Source: an uncultured delta proteobacterium
GTDB taxonomy: Bacteria; Desulfobacterota; RBG-13-43-22
Assembly (NCBI GenBank): GCA_963802945.1
Contig: CAWDKY010000033.1
Coordinates: 1 to 64,000, forward strand
Reading direction: 5' to 3'
DNA length: 64,000 nt
Shown here: one piece after another, positions 34,679-44,229 of the stretch
Position numbering within the stretch: the stretch's first letter is position 1
Layout: every line of letters begins with the position of its first letter
Position numbers and translations under genes: made by a program
The notes under the pieces: model-generated
What the model saw: the letters and a program-made list of their open reading frames with translations, nothing else
The model's database searches: none
Told to the model about the DNA's origin: nothing

Positions 34679-35359
34679 AATTCTTTTATCGGTTACACGT
34701 GGCACTGGTTGTTTTCCCTTCGGACAAATCCAAACACATCGTAAGCAGTAGGGCAAGAGGCCATCAGGACCATGCGGATCATATTCCCCTCTGGCTTTGC
34801 GGTACGATCGACACTGCAGACCTTCAAACGAATTGTCCGAGATCGCCTGCGCCGGACATTCTGAAATGCAGAGACCGCATTCGTCGCAGAATTGATCGCC
34901 TGACAACTTCGAGTGCAGGTCGAGTTCGGCAGTCGTGCCCATAACCCTCAGATGAACCCACGGTCCCCATTCTGGATGAAATAGAAAGGCATTTTGGCCA
35001 ATTTGACCCAGGCCAGCCGCTTGAGCCACGTATCGGAATTGCAGTCCACTCTGCCTCGGATAATCGACGAGTTTCACTTCACGCCCCTCTTGTACCATCC
35101 TCGCCTCGATTGTTCGGCAGACCTCAAGGAGGTGATCATCCGCTGCACAGTGTTCGCTGCCGCTATCTGTTGCATACCACGTCCATTCTTCTTCCGTGGT
35201 TACGTGATGGCCAAGCACGATTGCCGTACTCGCTTGCGGCATGAAACCCGAGAAAAATAATCCCTCGTTTTCTCGCAGGTGCTCGATAGGTACTATGGCC
35301 AAGTCACAGCAAGACCAGGAGTCGATGATTTGAAAAATGTTGTCAGAGTCCTTCATCAT
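34670..35359 (-). CDS. QueG/reductive-dehalogenase-like Fe-S protein, gene cassette
   Basis: AQAAGLGQIG, PEWGPWVHLR, CDECGLCISECP, CLRCVWICP. The ATG follows the core GTTCGAC immediately. Confidence 0.78.
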   Translation of the reverse strand: MMKDSDNIFQIIDSWSCCDLAIVPIEHLRENEGLFFSGFMPQASTAIVLGHHVTTEEEWTWYATDSGSEHCAADDHLLEVCRTIEARMVQEGREVKLVDYPRQSGLQFRYVAQAAGLGQIGQNAFLFHPEWGPWVHLRVMGTTAELDLHSKLSGDQFCDECGLCISECPAQAISDNSFEGLQCRSYRKARGEYDPHGPDGLLPYCLRCVWICPKGKQPVPRVTDKRIAE

Positions 35360-35388
35360 GTCGAACAAGCTATTCTAAAGTCTTCCGG
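35360..35388 (-). other. attI-like site, copy 2
   Basis: CCGGAAGACTTTAGAATAGCTT-GTTCGAC; about 22/26 identical to 37470-37495, with identity ending at the GTT. Confidence 0.65.
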
Positions 35389-35402
35389 TCAGTGGGGTCA
35401 GG

Positions 35403-36337
35403 GGGTCAGGTCTATTTTTTCAACATTATTTATTTTACCTGTGTCCGTATAATACGGCTTATTGAAGAAAAATGTAATCCTAAATACGCAGAAACTTGCT
35501 TCTGGGTGTAACCGTGTCTCTCCACTGCCTTCAATATCCGTTTATTTCTTGCTTCCTTTTTTCGAATCAATTCGGGGGATAATATTTTTTCCAGACTGGG
35601 TCTGTTAATAAAACGTTGGCTTTTTGATATGTCGGGAATTGCCTCTTTCCCCTTCAGATGATCTTTTAAACGTTCCACAAAAGAATCCTCCCCTAGGATG
35701 CTCTGAGCTCTCAAATCCTTCCAAATAGATTCCGATCTTATTCCAGCCCTAACAAACTGGCGATAGATTCCTTCCGCCTTCATTCTTTTGGGTGAAAGTT
35801 GCCCTAAGATCCCATCAACGGTAAGGCAGGAGGGCTTACTTCGCTGCCCTGCTGTAGCCGCATAGCTGCTCCATTTCCACTGGTTCGGGTTTTTTATGAG
35901 TTTTGCCCTTACCGGATTCAGTACGATATAACGGGAAACTTCAAGAAGATGGCTATCTTTTTGCACCAGAATACCCTTGAATCTCCCCTGGAATAAATGA
36001 CCAACGGTTCCATGTCGCTTATTGAACAACTGGGTAAACACCCCATTTAATTGTCTCATCCCAATGGAAAGGTTTCCATCAGGTGTTTCGATAAGCAAAT
36101 GATAATGATTATTCATCAGACAATAGGCATGGCAGAGCCAGTTATAGCGCGTGTTAACCTGGTAAAGGATTTTGAGGAAATCCTCACGGTCGTGATCATC
36201 CTTAAAAATCTCATTTTTGTTATTTCCTCGGCTGGTCACATGATAAAAAGCCCCGGGAAATACTATGCGTAGAGGACGTGCCATGAGTATCCTATATCAT
36301 TACTATATCTTCAATGTCAAGAAAATAGACCTGACCC
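35403..36337 (-). mobile_element. Y1/RAYT-like HUH transposase element bounded by 25-bp inverted repeats
   Basis: 35403-35427 GGGTCAGGTCTATTTTTTCAACATT versus the reverse complement of 36313-36337, GGGTCAGGTCTATTTTCTTGACATT (22/25). Confidence 0.85.
35430..36284 (-). CDS. REP-associated tyrosine transposase-like protein (Y1_Tnp HUH domain + C-terminal HTH)
   Basis: MARPLRI..PGAFYHVTSRGN, CLMNNHYHLL (HUH), GHLFQGRF, YIVLNPVRA, WKWSSY. Confidence 0.93.
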   Translation of the reverse strand: MARPLRIVFPGAFYHVTSRGNNKNEIFKDDHDREDFLKILYQVNTRYNWLCHAYCLMNNHYHLLIETPDGNLSIGMRQLNGVFTQLFNKRHGTVGHLFQGRFKGILVQKDSHLLEVSRYIVLNPVRAKLIKNPNQWKWSSYAATAGQRSKPSCLTVDGILGQLSPKRMKAEGIYRQFVRAGIRSESIWKDLRAQSILGEDSFVERLKDHLKGKEAIPDISKSQRFINRPSLEKILSPELIRKKEARNKRILKAVERHGYTQKQVSAYLGLHFSSISRIIRTQVK

Positions 36338-36398
36338 TAATTTTTCAAACCGGTTTTTCAGGCAAACTGTTCTCCATGGGGTTCTCCTTAATATGCTT

Positions 36399-36511
36399 TG
36401 CTAACGACTGGGTATCAGCGGCGGCGCCGAATTGTCACCGGATCAGGTTTTGCGCCGATTTCCATGCCTCAACACCTGGCTACGCCATCCGCCTGAATGC
36501 CCTGGTTGGGC
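36399..36511 (-). other. Integron attC recombination site
   Basis: R'' GCCCAAC, arm CAGGGCATTCAGGCGGATGGCG pairing with CGCCGCCGCTGATACCCAGTC, R'-like GTTAGCA; 113 bp. Confidence 0.85.
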
Positions 36512-36588
36512 AAATCAGTCTTGCCTTTTGTGTCCTGCTCACAGCGCCTTGACAGAATTTGATAATTTAATGACCGCCCCTCACTCTC

Positions 36589-37449
36589 TTATCCTAAGCC
36601 CTTCCTCCAATTTTCGTTCTTTATCGCATAATCAACAGCTTCGGGAACCATTCTTGTCCCGAAGACAACAGAATACCCGTCAGGAATCATCACGTCAAAG
36701 CGACCAGATTCCGTTTGTATCTGTTTCGGCATGAAAGGTGTGGCCGAAACTGCTCCGATGACCTTGCCAGTCTTGAGCCTCAAAACGGGTGCCCCGCTGA
36801 TGCCTGGAAAAGATGGCCGGTCGAGCCAATAATAATATTCTACTACTGGGGGAAGCCCGTATCCTACGGAAAAAGAGACTATAGCCTTGCTCAAAAGAGG
36901 AAGGGGGTGGAAATCTTCATAATACGTTTCAAACTCAACACCACCACGGGGGTAACCAATAAAAAGCACGTCCTCCCCCATTCTTGCCGGTTCGGTGTCA
37001 AACTCAAGTGGCGAGATGTTGTTGAAGGGCTCCGTCAAATGCATGATGCTTATGTCAATCTTCCAAAGGGGTTCAGTTCCGCTGGTCGGAACTTCGATCA
37101 GAATCGACCCCTCAGTCATAACGGGTTCAGTCGCGTCTTTCTTCTGCCCGACCAGGTACGCTCCCTTTGTCCAAGAGTCAACCACGATTACACGAGGATA
37201 ATTTGCGGCATTGACCTCATCGAAACCTTTAACCGCATGGTATCTTATAACCTTAACCTCATCGGCGCCTTCGACCACATGAAACGCCGTTACCGCGAAA
37301 TTTCCATTCCCTACGATGAATCCAGTTCCGATGCTACTTTTTTCGCCCGTTTTTCTACACTCAACCCTGACGATTGCTGACATCAGCTTGGAAATATAGT
37401 CAGCTTGCGTCTCGGGATTCTTACCCTTAATTTTTTTCCTTTTAGCCAT
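36589..37449 (-). CDS. Trypsin-like serine protease, gene cassette
   Basis: GTGFIV, VTAFHVV (His), DISIM (Asp), PGISGAPV (Ser). Confidence 0.85.
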   Translation of the reverse strand: MAKRKKIKGKNPETQADYISKLMSAIVRVECRKTGEKSSIGTGFIVGNGNFAVTAFHVVEGADEVKVIRYHAVKGFDEVNAANYPRVIVVDSWTKGAYLVGQKKDATEPVMTEGSILIEVPTSGTEPLWKIDISIMHLTEPFNNISPLEFDTEPARMGEDVLFIGYPRGGVEFETYYEDFHPLPLLSKAIVSFSVGYGLPPVVEYYYWLDRPSFPGISGAPVLRLKTGKVIGAVSATPFMPKQIQTESGRFDVMIPDGYSVVFGTRMVPEAVDYAIKNENWRKGLG

Positions 37450-37465
37450 ACGTTCTTACCTTTTG

Positions 37466-37495
37466 CCCCAACAAGTTATTCTAAAGTTTTTCTGG
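37466..37495 (-). other. attI-like site, copy 1
   Basis: CCAGAAAAACTTTAGAATAACTT-GTTGGGG; the core matches the R'' GCCCAAC of the same cassette's attC. Confidence 0.65.
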
Positions 37496-37599
37496 ATAAC
37501 TAAACAAATAAAAGAATCCCATCGGGGATCCCAACGATGGCCTTTGGCTGCTGTGGAGCAGTCAATAAGACGCCAACCCTTTCTAGTTCCAGGTAACCT

Positions 37600-37628
37600 A
37601 TTATAAATGATAAATATTATCTTGACAA
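37600..37628 (-). promoter_or_regulatory. Pc-like sigma70 promoter reading into the cassette array
   Basis: Minus strand TTGTCA-N17-TATAAT, about 130 bp upstream of the attI-like GTT. Confidence 0.65.
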
Positions 37629-37747
37629 TTTATTTCAAACAGTTAACAAAATATATAAGGAGGTCGAGCCCAATGCCTTCGACCTAAGTCCATCTGCCCT
37701 GATGTGGACGTACCTGTCCTCAGCCTAAACCCTGCCTTTAAAGTTTT

Positions 37748-37774
37748 CTGGACCCCGGCTTTCGCCGGGGTGAC
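37748..37774. repeat. Single REP-like palindrome, family B
   Basis: CTGGACCCCGGCTTTCGCCGGGGTGAC. Confidence 0.75.
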
Positions 37775-37882
37775 GGTGTGGGCAACGGAGCTCTTATTTA
37801 GTTAACGTAATTACAGTATTGGGAAAGACCGGACCACCGAATTAAAATAAATTCTGTTTCTCTAATTTTAAGGGAATGACTG

Positions 37883-38404
37883 ATGAACATATTGGATATC
37901 GGTTGCGGGAATCGGAAGATTAAAGGGGCCATCGGTCTGGACAGGAACCCGAGATCCCAGGCCGATGTTTTTCATGACCTGGATGTTCTCCCCTACCCTT
38001 TCGAGGACGATCACTTCGACCGAATCTACGGGATCGATGTGCTGGAACATGTAACCGATGTCCTTCGAACCCTGGAAGAGATTCATCGGATTGGAAAGAA
38101 GGATGCTCAGGTCTTTCTCAGGGTCCCTCATTTTACCAGCACCCTGGCTTACGGAGACCCGACCCATAAACATTTTTTCAATACACAGTCTCTGGATTAT
38201 GTTTGCGGGGGCTTTTCTGAGTATTCGTATAACCCTTCGGTGGTTTTTAAAAAGTTGGGGGTTCGATTAAATTTTTGGAAACTGCATCGTTGGGATGGAG
38301 TGTCCTTCCTGGCTAATCAATTTCCAGGTTATTACGAGAAACTCTTCGCCTTTATGTTTCCGGCCATGAATATCGAGTTTCAGTTGGAAATCATTAAACC
38401 TTGA
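37883..38404 (+). CDS. Class I SAM methyltransferase (Methyltransf_11-like)
   Basis: ILDIGCG, VLEHV, EEIHRI, DPTH. Confidence 0.88.
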   Translation: MNILDIGCGNRKIKGAIGLDRNPRSQADVFHDLDVLPYPFEDDHFDRIYGIDVLEHVTDVLRTLEEIHRIGKKDAQVFLRVPHFTSTLAYGDPTHKHFFNTQSLDYVCGGFSEYSYNPSVVFKKLGVRLNFWKLHRWDGVSFLANQFPGYYEKLFAFMFPAMNIEFQLEIIKP

Positions 38405-38426
38405 AGAGATATTGGTCCGAAAATAA

Positions 38427-38458
38427 AAAAGGGCAAGTCCATTAAGACTTGCCCTTTT
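38427..38458. terminator. Bidirectional intrinsic terminator between the methyltransferase gene and tRNA-Leu
   Basis: AAAAGGGCAAGTC-loop-GACTTGCCCTTTT. Confidence 0.85.
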
Positions 38459-38466
38459 ATTAGCTT

Positions 38467-38552
38467 TGGTGCCGAAGACGGGACTCGAACCCGTACGGAG
38501 TTACCCGCCACCCCCTCAAGATGGTGTGTCTACCAGGTTCCACCACTTCGGC
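38467..38552 (-). tRNA. tRNA-Leu(GAG)
   Basis: GCCGAAG acceptor stem, anticodon loop TT-GAG-GG, long variable arm, GGTTCGAGTCC, encoded CCA; conserved tpiA-secG-tRNA-Leu order. Confidence 0.97.
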
Positions 38553-38564
38553 ACGAGGTATTTC

Positions 38565-38936
38565 CTACTTGCTGATCGGGTTGGCCGGACTCGCGGGAAC
38601 AGTCGGAGCCGCCGGTAACGGAGTTGCGGGAGAACCTGTCGGAATCTTTGTCGGCATTGATTGCTTTTGGCTGGCCTCGGAAGGAGTTCTAATCACCGAG
38701 GAACTGGACCCGGGGCCGTACATAAAAGCCAGGAGCAGAGAAGTGATCATAAAAACCGCAGCAGCGACGGTAGTCAGCTTGGTCAGAAAGGTCGCAGCCC
38801 CGCTGCTTCCAAAGATAGTCTGGCTTGATCCACCAAAGGCCGCTCCCATACTGGCCCCTTTCCCGGTCTGAAGTAAAACAATCAAGATCAGGGCTATACA
38901 AACTATGATATGAATGATTATTGTCACAGTTGCCAT
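38565..38936 (-). CDS. secG: Preprotein translocase subunit SecG
   Basis: VLLQTGKGASMGAAFGG, FLTKLT. Confidence 0.95.
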   Translation of the reverse strand: MATVTIIIHIIVCIALILIVLLQTGKGASMGAAFGGSSQTIFGSSGAATFLTKLTTVAAAVFMITSLLLAFMYGPGSSSSVIRTPSEASQKQSMPTKIPTGSPATPLPAAPTVPASPANPISK

Positions 38937-38942
38937 AACGAC

Positions 38943-39713
38943 TTATTGATTAACCTCCTTGATCAAGGCCAGAAATTTTTCTGCGTTCAGGCTGGCCCCT
39001 CCTACTAATGCCCCGTCAATATCCGGCTCAGCGCATAATGCCCGAATATTTTCCGGGGTGACGCTTCCACCATACACAATCCTTTTCCCCTTTGCAAGGG
39101 GTTTATTAAAACGATCCGCCAGCAATCCTCGAATGAAAGCATGGACTTCCTGGGCCATGGCCGGGGTTGCCGACCTTCCGGTACCGATGGCCCAGACCGG
39201 TTCGTAGGCAATCACCCCCTGGGCAATCGCTTCCATAGACAGCCCCTGGACCGCTTCCAAGACCTGCCGGGTGATGACTTCCTGAATCCTCTCCCCTTCC
39301 CGTTCCTCTAAGGTCTCTCCCACACACAGGACCGGTTTCAAACCGGCCTTCAAACAGGCCGCAAGTTTTTGATGGACCTGGGCATCGGTTTCTCCAAATA
39401 CATGCCTTCGTTCAGAATGTCCTATAAGGCAATAGGAACAACCCACATCTGTCAACATCCGTGTTGAAATTTCTCCGGTAAAGGCCCCGTCCTCAGCCCA
39501 GTGGACATTCTGGGCCGCCACTTGAACGGAGCTGTTCTGGATTGCCCGGCCGAGGGCCTGCAGGGCCGTGAAAGGCGGGGCAATGACCACCTCGATTTGG
39601 ATAGGACTTGGCATCCCAGCCATCAGCGCCCGAAAAAAATCCAGCGTCTCCGGGATGGTTTTAAACATCTTCCAGTTCCCCCCTATCCAGGGGCGACGGA
39701 GATTTTTTTCCAA
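38943..39713 (-). CDS. tpiA: Triosephosphate isomerase
   Basis: GNWKM, IGHSERR, AYEPVWAIGTG, YGGSV, LVGGASL. Confidence 0.97.
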   Translation of the reverse strand: MEKNLRRPWIGGNWKMFKTIPETLDFFRALMAGMPSPIQIEVVIAPPFTALQALGRAIQNSSVQVAAQNVHWAEDGAFTGEISTRMLTDVGCSYCLIGHSERRHVFGETDAQVHQKLAACLKAGLKPVLCVGETLEEREGERIQEVITRQVLEAVQGLSMEAIAQGVIAYEPVWAIGTGRSATPAMAQEVHAFIRGLLADRFNKPLAKGKRIVYGGSVTPENIRALCAEPDIDGALVGGASLNAEKFLALIKEVNQ

Positions 39714-39737
39714 TTTAATTCCTCTCTCAAAGAAAAA

Positions 39738-39764
39738 AGGGAACGGGGAATGTCCCCGTTCCCT
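39738..39764. terminator. GC-rich hairpin between hppA and tpiA
   Basis: AGGGAACGGGGA-atg-TCCCCGTTCCCT; T-run on the minus strand. Confidence 0.6.
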
Positions 39765-39803
39765 ATCTTTATTAGATTAATGATGATTCATTCCTATCAC
39801 ATC

Positions 39804-39880
39804 GTCACCCCGGTGAAAACCGGGGTCCAGAAGAAAAAATTTCTTTTACCTTACTGGATTCCGGCTTTCGCCGGAATGAC
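39804..39880. repeat. REP-like inverted doublet, family B
   Basis: GTCACCCCGGTGAAAACCGGGGTCCAG ... CTGGATTCCGGCTTTCGCCGGAATGAC. Confidence 0.85.
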
Positions 39881-39932
39881 GGAAACAAACCATTTGAAAC
39901 TTTTATAAATCCATCATTTTTTGTCCCGAATA

Positions 39933-41982
39933 TTATCCCCAAAGAGAAATAATAATCGGCACGATCAACAAGGCCACGATGTTGATAACCTTGATCATCG
40001 GGTTAATGGCCGGACCGGCGGTGTCTTTATAAGGATCGCCGACTGTGTCACCGGTTACGGCTGCTTTATGGGCATCGGATCCTTTTCCGCCGTAAAGGCC
40101 GTCTTCAATGGCCTTTTTGGCATTGTCCCAGGCCCCGCCGCCGGAAGTCATGGAAATGGCCAGGAACAGCCCGGTGATGATCGAACCGATCAGCACCCCG
40201 CCCAAGGCCTTGGGTCCAAGGATAAGTCCGACCAGCACGGGAGTCACAACCGGGATCAGGGCTGGAACCATCATCTGTTTGATGGCACTCTTGGTCACAA
40301 TGTCCACGCATTTGGCGTATTCGGGTTTGGCCTTGCCTTCCATAATCCCCTTGATTTCCCGGAATTGCCGTCGGACTTCTTCGACCACGCCTCCGGCTGC
40401 CGTACCAACGGCTTCCATCAGCAGGGAACCAAAGTAATAGGGTAGCAAACCGCCGATAAACAGGCCGACAATCACAAACGGATCGGCCAATGAAAAGGTG
40501 ACCTTCATGGCTTCGGGGAATGACTTGGAAAATTCGGCAAAAAGCACCAGGGCGGCCAGACCGGCGGAACCGATGGCATAGCCCTTGGTCACTGCCTTAG
40601 TGGTGTTTCCAACTGCATCCAAGGGATCGGTGATCTTGCGGATCTTTTCATCCAGTTCGGCCATTTCGGCAATCCCGCCGGCATTGTCGGTAATCGGGCC
40701 GTAGGAGTCGATGGCCACGACGATACCGGTCATGGAGAGCATGGAAACCGCCGCCAGGGCAATGGCAAAAAGACCGCTGCCGGGATTGGCAAATCCGTTT
40801 CCCAGGGCATAGGCGGCCAGGATAGCCGCACTGATTACCAGACACCGGCCAGCTTGAAGACTTCATGGAGACTGCCAGTCCGGCAATGATATTGGTGGCA
40901 TGTCCGGTCTGAGAGGCTGCGGCAATATGTTTGACCGGTTTAAAGGATTTGGAGGTAAAATATTCGGTGATCACCACCAATAACCCGGTGACCAACAGGC
41001 CGACAACCGCTATCAGGAAGATATTCAGGGTGCTGAACTGGCTGGCTATTTCAGGATGCTTGCCGGCGAATTGATCGGTAGCGAAATAGAAGACGATGGC
41101 CGCCAGGATACCGGCCACAGCCAACCCTTTATACAAGGCGCCCATGATGTACTGACTCTTGCCCAAGCGGACAAAAAAAGTGCCGATGATTGAGGCAATA
41201 ATGGAAATACCACCAATCAGTAGGGGGAATTTTATCCAGGGGGTCCCGTCTCCAAAAACCGTTTTGGCCAAGAGCATGGCCGCCACCAGGGTGACGGTGT
41301 AAGTTTCATAAAGGTCAGCGGCCATACCGGCGCAGTCGCCTACGTTGTCGCCCACGTTATCGGCAATAACCGCCGGGTTCCGGGGATCATCTTCCGGGAT
41401 GCCGGCTTCCACCTTACCGACCAGGTCAGCCCCCACGTCGGCGGCCTTGGTATAAATACCACCGGCAATACGGGCAAAGACGCTCATCAGAGAGCAGCCG
41501 AACCCCAATCCGATCAGCGCATGGGTTTCTTTGGTAATGGCATAAAAAAGGGTGATTCCCAAAAGTCCCAAACCAACGACCATGATCCCGGTAACCGACC
41601 CGCCCTTGAAGGCCACGCCAAGGGCCTTGTTCAGACCGCCGTAAGCGGCTTGAGCGGTACGCACATTAGCCCGCACGGTGACCATCATACCGATATATCC
41701 GGCCAGGGCCGAACCGATGGTCCCGATCAGGAAACCGATAGCCGTCGTCCAGCCTAGGGCTGGAATAAAGCCGATAATCAGAAACAAGACAACGGCCACA
41801 ATGGCTACTGTTCTATATTCCCGGTTTAAAAAAGCCGTTGCTCCTTCCTGAACAGCTGCTGAAATCTCTTGCATCCGGGCACTGCCGGCATCCTGTTTAA
41901 GAATCCAGATGGCGGTAATTATGGAATACAGTACCCCGATAGCGCCGCAAATAATGGCAAAGGTAAAAATATTAAGATCCAT
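39933..41982 (-). CDS. hppA: Membrane H+-translocating pyrophosphatase, predicted K+-independent; frameshift near 40845
   Basis: [36 protein letters not shown]. Confidence 0.95.
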
Positions 41983-42277
41983 AAGTTTTCTCCTCCTCAG
42001 ATTAAAATAATGAAAAATAAAAATAATTTTTTATCAGTCAGGATTACTATCCCACCTCCCTATTAAAAAAACTTTTCAAGTAATTGTTATTAAACTTAAG
42101 ATATTACTTGTGAATTTTACAATAGAGTCCTCCCGCTTCTATCATACCCCCAGGGGGATGTCAAGATTTTTTCCGGAGATTTCTACTCTATCTCTTGACC
42201 TTAACCTTTTTTTCTTGACAGAATAGTAACCTTGGAAATAAGAGAGACTATATCTTCATTCAGAAGAGGAGGGCCTT

Positions 42278-42514
42278 ATGGATAAAGAGCAAGGGGAAAT
42301 TGGCCGCATGCAAATCAATGCTACGGACTATCTCCTTTTTTCGATCAAGGAATATAAAGGGAAACACTATGTTGATCTGAGGAAATATGTGGTCTCTGAC
42401 AGCTACACCGGCTTTACCAAACAAGGGGTCCGGTTTGGCTCCGAACTGTTCAATGAGTTTGAAGAAAAAATAGCCTTGGTGAAAGAAGCGCTGTTGAAAA
42501 ACGACGCCTTATAA
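42278..42514 (+). CDS. PC4/YdbC-like ssDNA-binding protein
   Basis: EYKGKHYVDLRKY...TKQGV signature; GGAGG RBS. Confidence 0.75.
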   Translation: MDKEQGEIGRMQINATDYLLFSIKEYKGKHYVDLRKYVVSDSYTGFTKQGVRFGSELFNEFEEKIALVKEALLKNDAL

Positions 42515-42644
42515 ATTCTCATGTCCGTTTATGGCGGGCTCCACGAGATATTAAAAAAAGGGATTCAAGTCCGGCCAACGGCGGGATTGATCTCTATTTT
42601 CGGAATAAGCCCTCTTGCCCCTATGGGGCACTACGAGGCAGGAA

Positions 42645-42740
42645 AATGTCGAATATCGAATAATGAAAACTGAATGTTGAAGTTAAACAGAAACCCAGAC
42701 ATTCATGATTCGAAATTCGATCTTCGAAATTCAATATTCT
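42645..42740. repeat. 7-nt-period inverted repeat (TCGAATA ... ATTCGAA)
   Basis: aatgtcg aatatcg aataatg aaaactg aatgttg aa ... attcatg attcgaa attcgat cttcgaa attcaat attc. Confidence 0.75.
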
Positions 42741-42767
42741 TATGGTCTAAATATAAGGAGAGGACCT

Positions 42768-44068
42768 ATGTACTGGGATAAAAAATTTGAGACTATGTCC
42801 TTGGACGAGATGCAGGCTTTTCAATTAAAACAACTCCGGGAAACCGTAGCCTGGGTTTATGAAAAAGTTCCTTTTTATAAAAATAAACTGGATGACCTGG
42901 GGATAAATCCCAATGACATAAAGGAATTGAACGATCTGGGCAAACTTCCCTTTTCCGTCAAAAATGACCTGAGGGATAATTATCCTTTTGGTTTGTGTGC
43001 CGTGCCCATGCAGGATGTCGTTCGAGTCCATGCCTCCTCCGGAACCACAGGCAAACCGATCACCGGTCCTTATACTGCTGACGACCTGGATCAATGGTCC
43101 AATTGCATGGCCCGGAATTTATACGCTGCCGGAGTCCGTTCCAACGACATCCTTCAAAATTCCTACGGTATAGGCTTGTTTACCGGTGGTCTGGGTTTTG
43201 TACAGGGGGCGGAAAAAATCGGGGCCACCCTCATTCCCACTTCTTCCGGTCAAACCGAGCGGCAGATCCTCATTATGCAGGATTTTGGAACCACGGTCCT
43301 CGGCTGTACCCCCTCTTATGCCCTGACTATTGCTGAAAAAGGCCAACAAATGGGGATCAACTTCAAGGATCTTCGTTTACGGATCGGGGTTTTTGGCGCC
43401 GAGCCATGGACCGTGGAGATGCGTAAAGAAATCGAAGAGCGCCTGGGTATCAAAGCCCATGAGGCCTATGGTTTGACCGAACTGATGGGCCCCGGAGTGG
43501 CCTTTGATTGCCAGGCTCAGGACGGTTTTTACATATCAATGAGGATCATATTCTGGCTGAAATCATCGATCCCGTAACCGGAGAAGTTCTGCCCCAGGGA
43601 ACCAAGGGAGAGCTGGTTTTTACTGCCATCCAACGCCGGGCCATGCCCATGCTTCGTTATCGGACCCGTGATATCACCATGCTCAAAAGGGAAAAATGCG
43701 CCTGCGGCCGGACCTTAATCAAGATGGAAAAGGTCTATGGGCGAAGCGACGACATGCTGATTATCGGCGGAGTCAATATCTTTCCCTCCCAGATCGAGAG
43801 CCTCCTTTTGGATCAAAAAGGGATTGAACCTCAATATGTCATTATCGTCCGGAAAAAAGGATATCTGGATAGTTTGGAAGTCAATGTGGAGGCTAAACCC
43901 GAAATTTATCAGGCCGGGGATGAAAAAATCAAAGAGGTGGAAAAAAGGATCGAGTCCCACATGAGAGGGGTAATCGGTATCGGCATCAAGATCCGTCTGG
44001 TTTCTCCAGGGACCATTGCCCGGAGTGAAGGCAAGGCCAAGCGGGTTATTGATGAAAGGAAGTTGTAA
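42768..44068 (+). CDS. paaK: Phenylacetate-CoA ligase family protein; frameshift near 43525
   Basis: HASSGTTGKP, GLFTGGLG, YGLTELMGPGV, RYRTRD, GRSDDM. Confidence 0.9.
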
Positions 44069-44229
44069 TTGACGGCTTCGTAAAAAGTCCATCAGTCCCG
44101 GTTTCGAGGGATTGCTCTGCACCCTTCCCCGCTTTTCAGCGGGGCAAGCTTATTGCGGCGTACTTATTGTACAGCCTCATTCCTCAGGGCTTGAGCGCCT
44201 TGCATCTGAAGCTTTTTACTGTGCCGTCC
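44069..44229 (-). mobile_element. MITE-like repeat with a family A core and GACGGC..GTAAAAAG ends
   Basis: Reverse strand AGATGCAAGGCG...GAGGAATGAGGCTGTAC...GTACGCCGCAATAAG..TGCCCCGCTGAAA aligns with the 31679 copy; ends GACGGCTTCGTAAAAAG / CTTTTTACTGTGCCGTC. Confidence 0.78.

Noticed and set aside
34670-35359. Calling the cassette Fe-S protein a true QueG or reductive dehalogenase
   Set aside because: It is short, has no Tat signal or anchor gene, and QueH is present; only family-level similarity is supported.
34300-38404. Complete integron, prophage or tRNA-integrated island next to tRNA-Leu
   Set aside because: No tyrosine recombinase or phage genes, and I found no duplicated tRNA 3' end.
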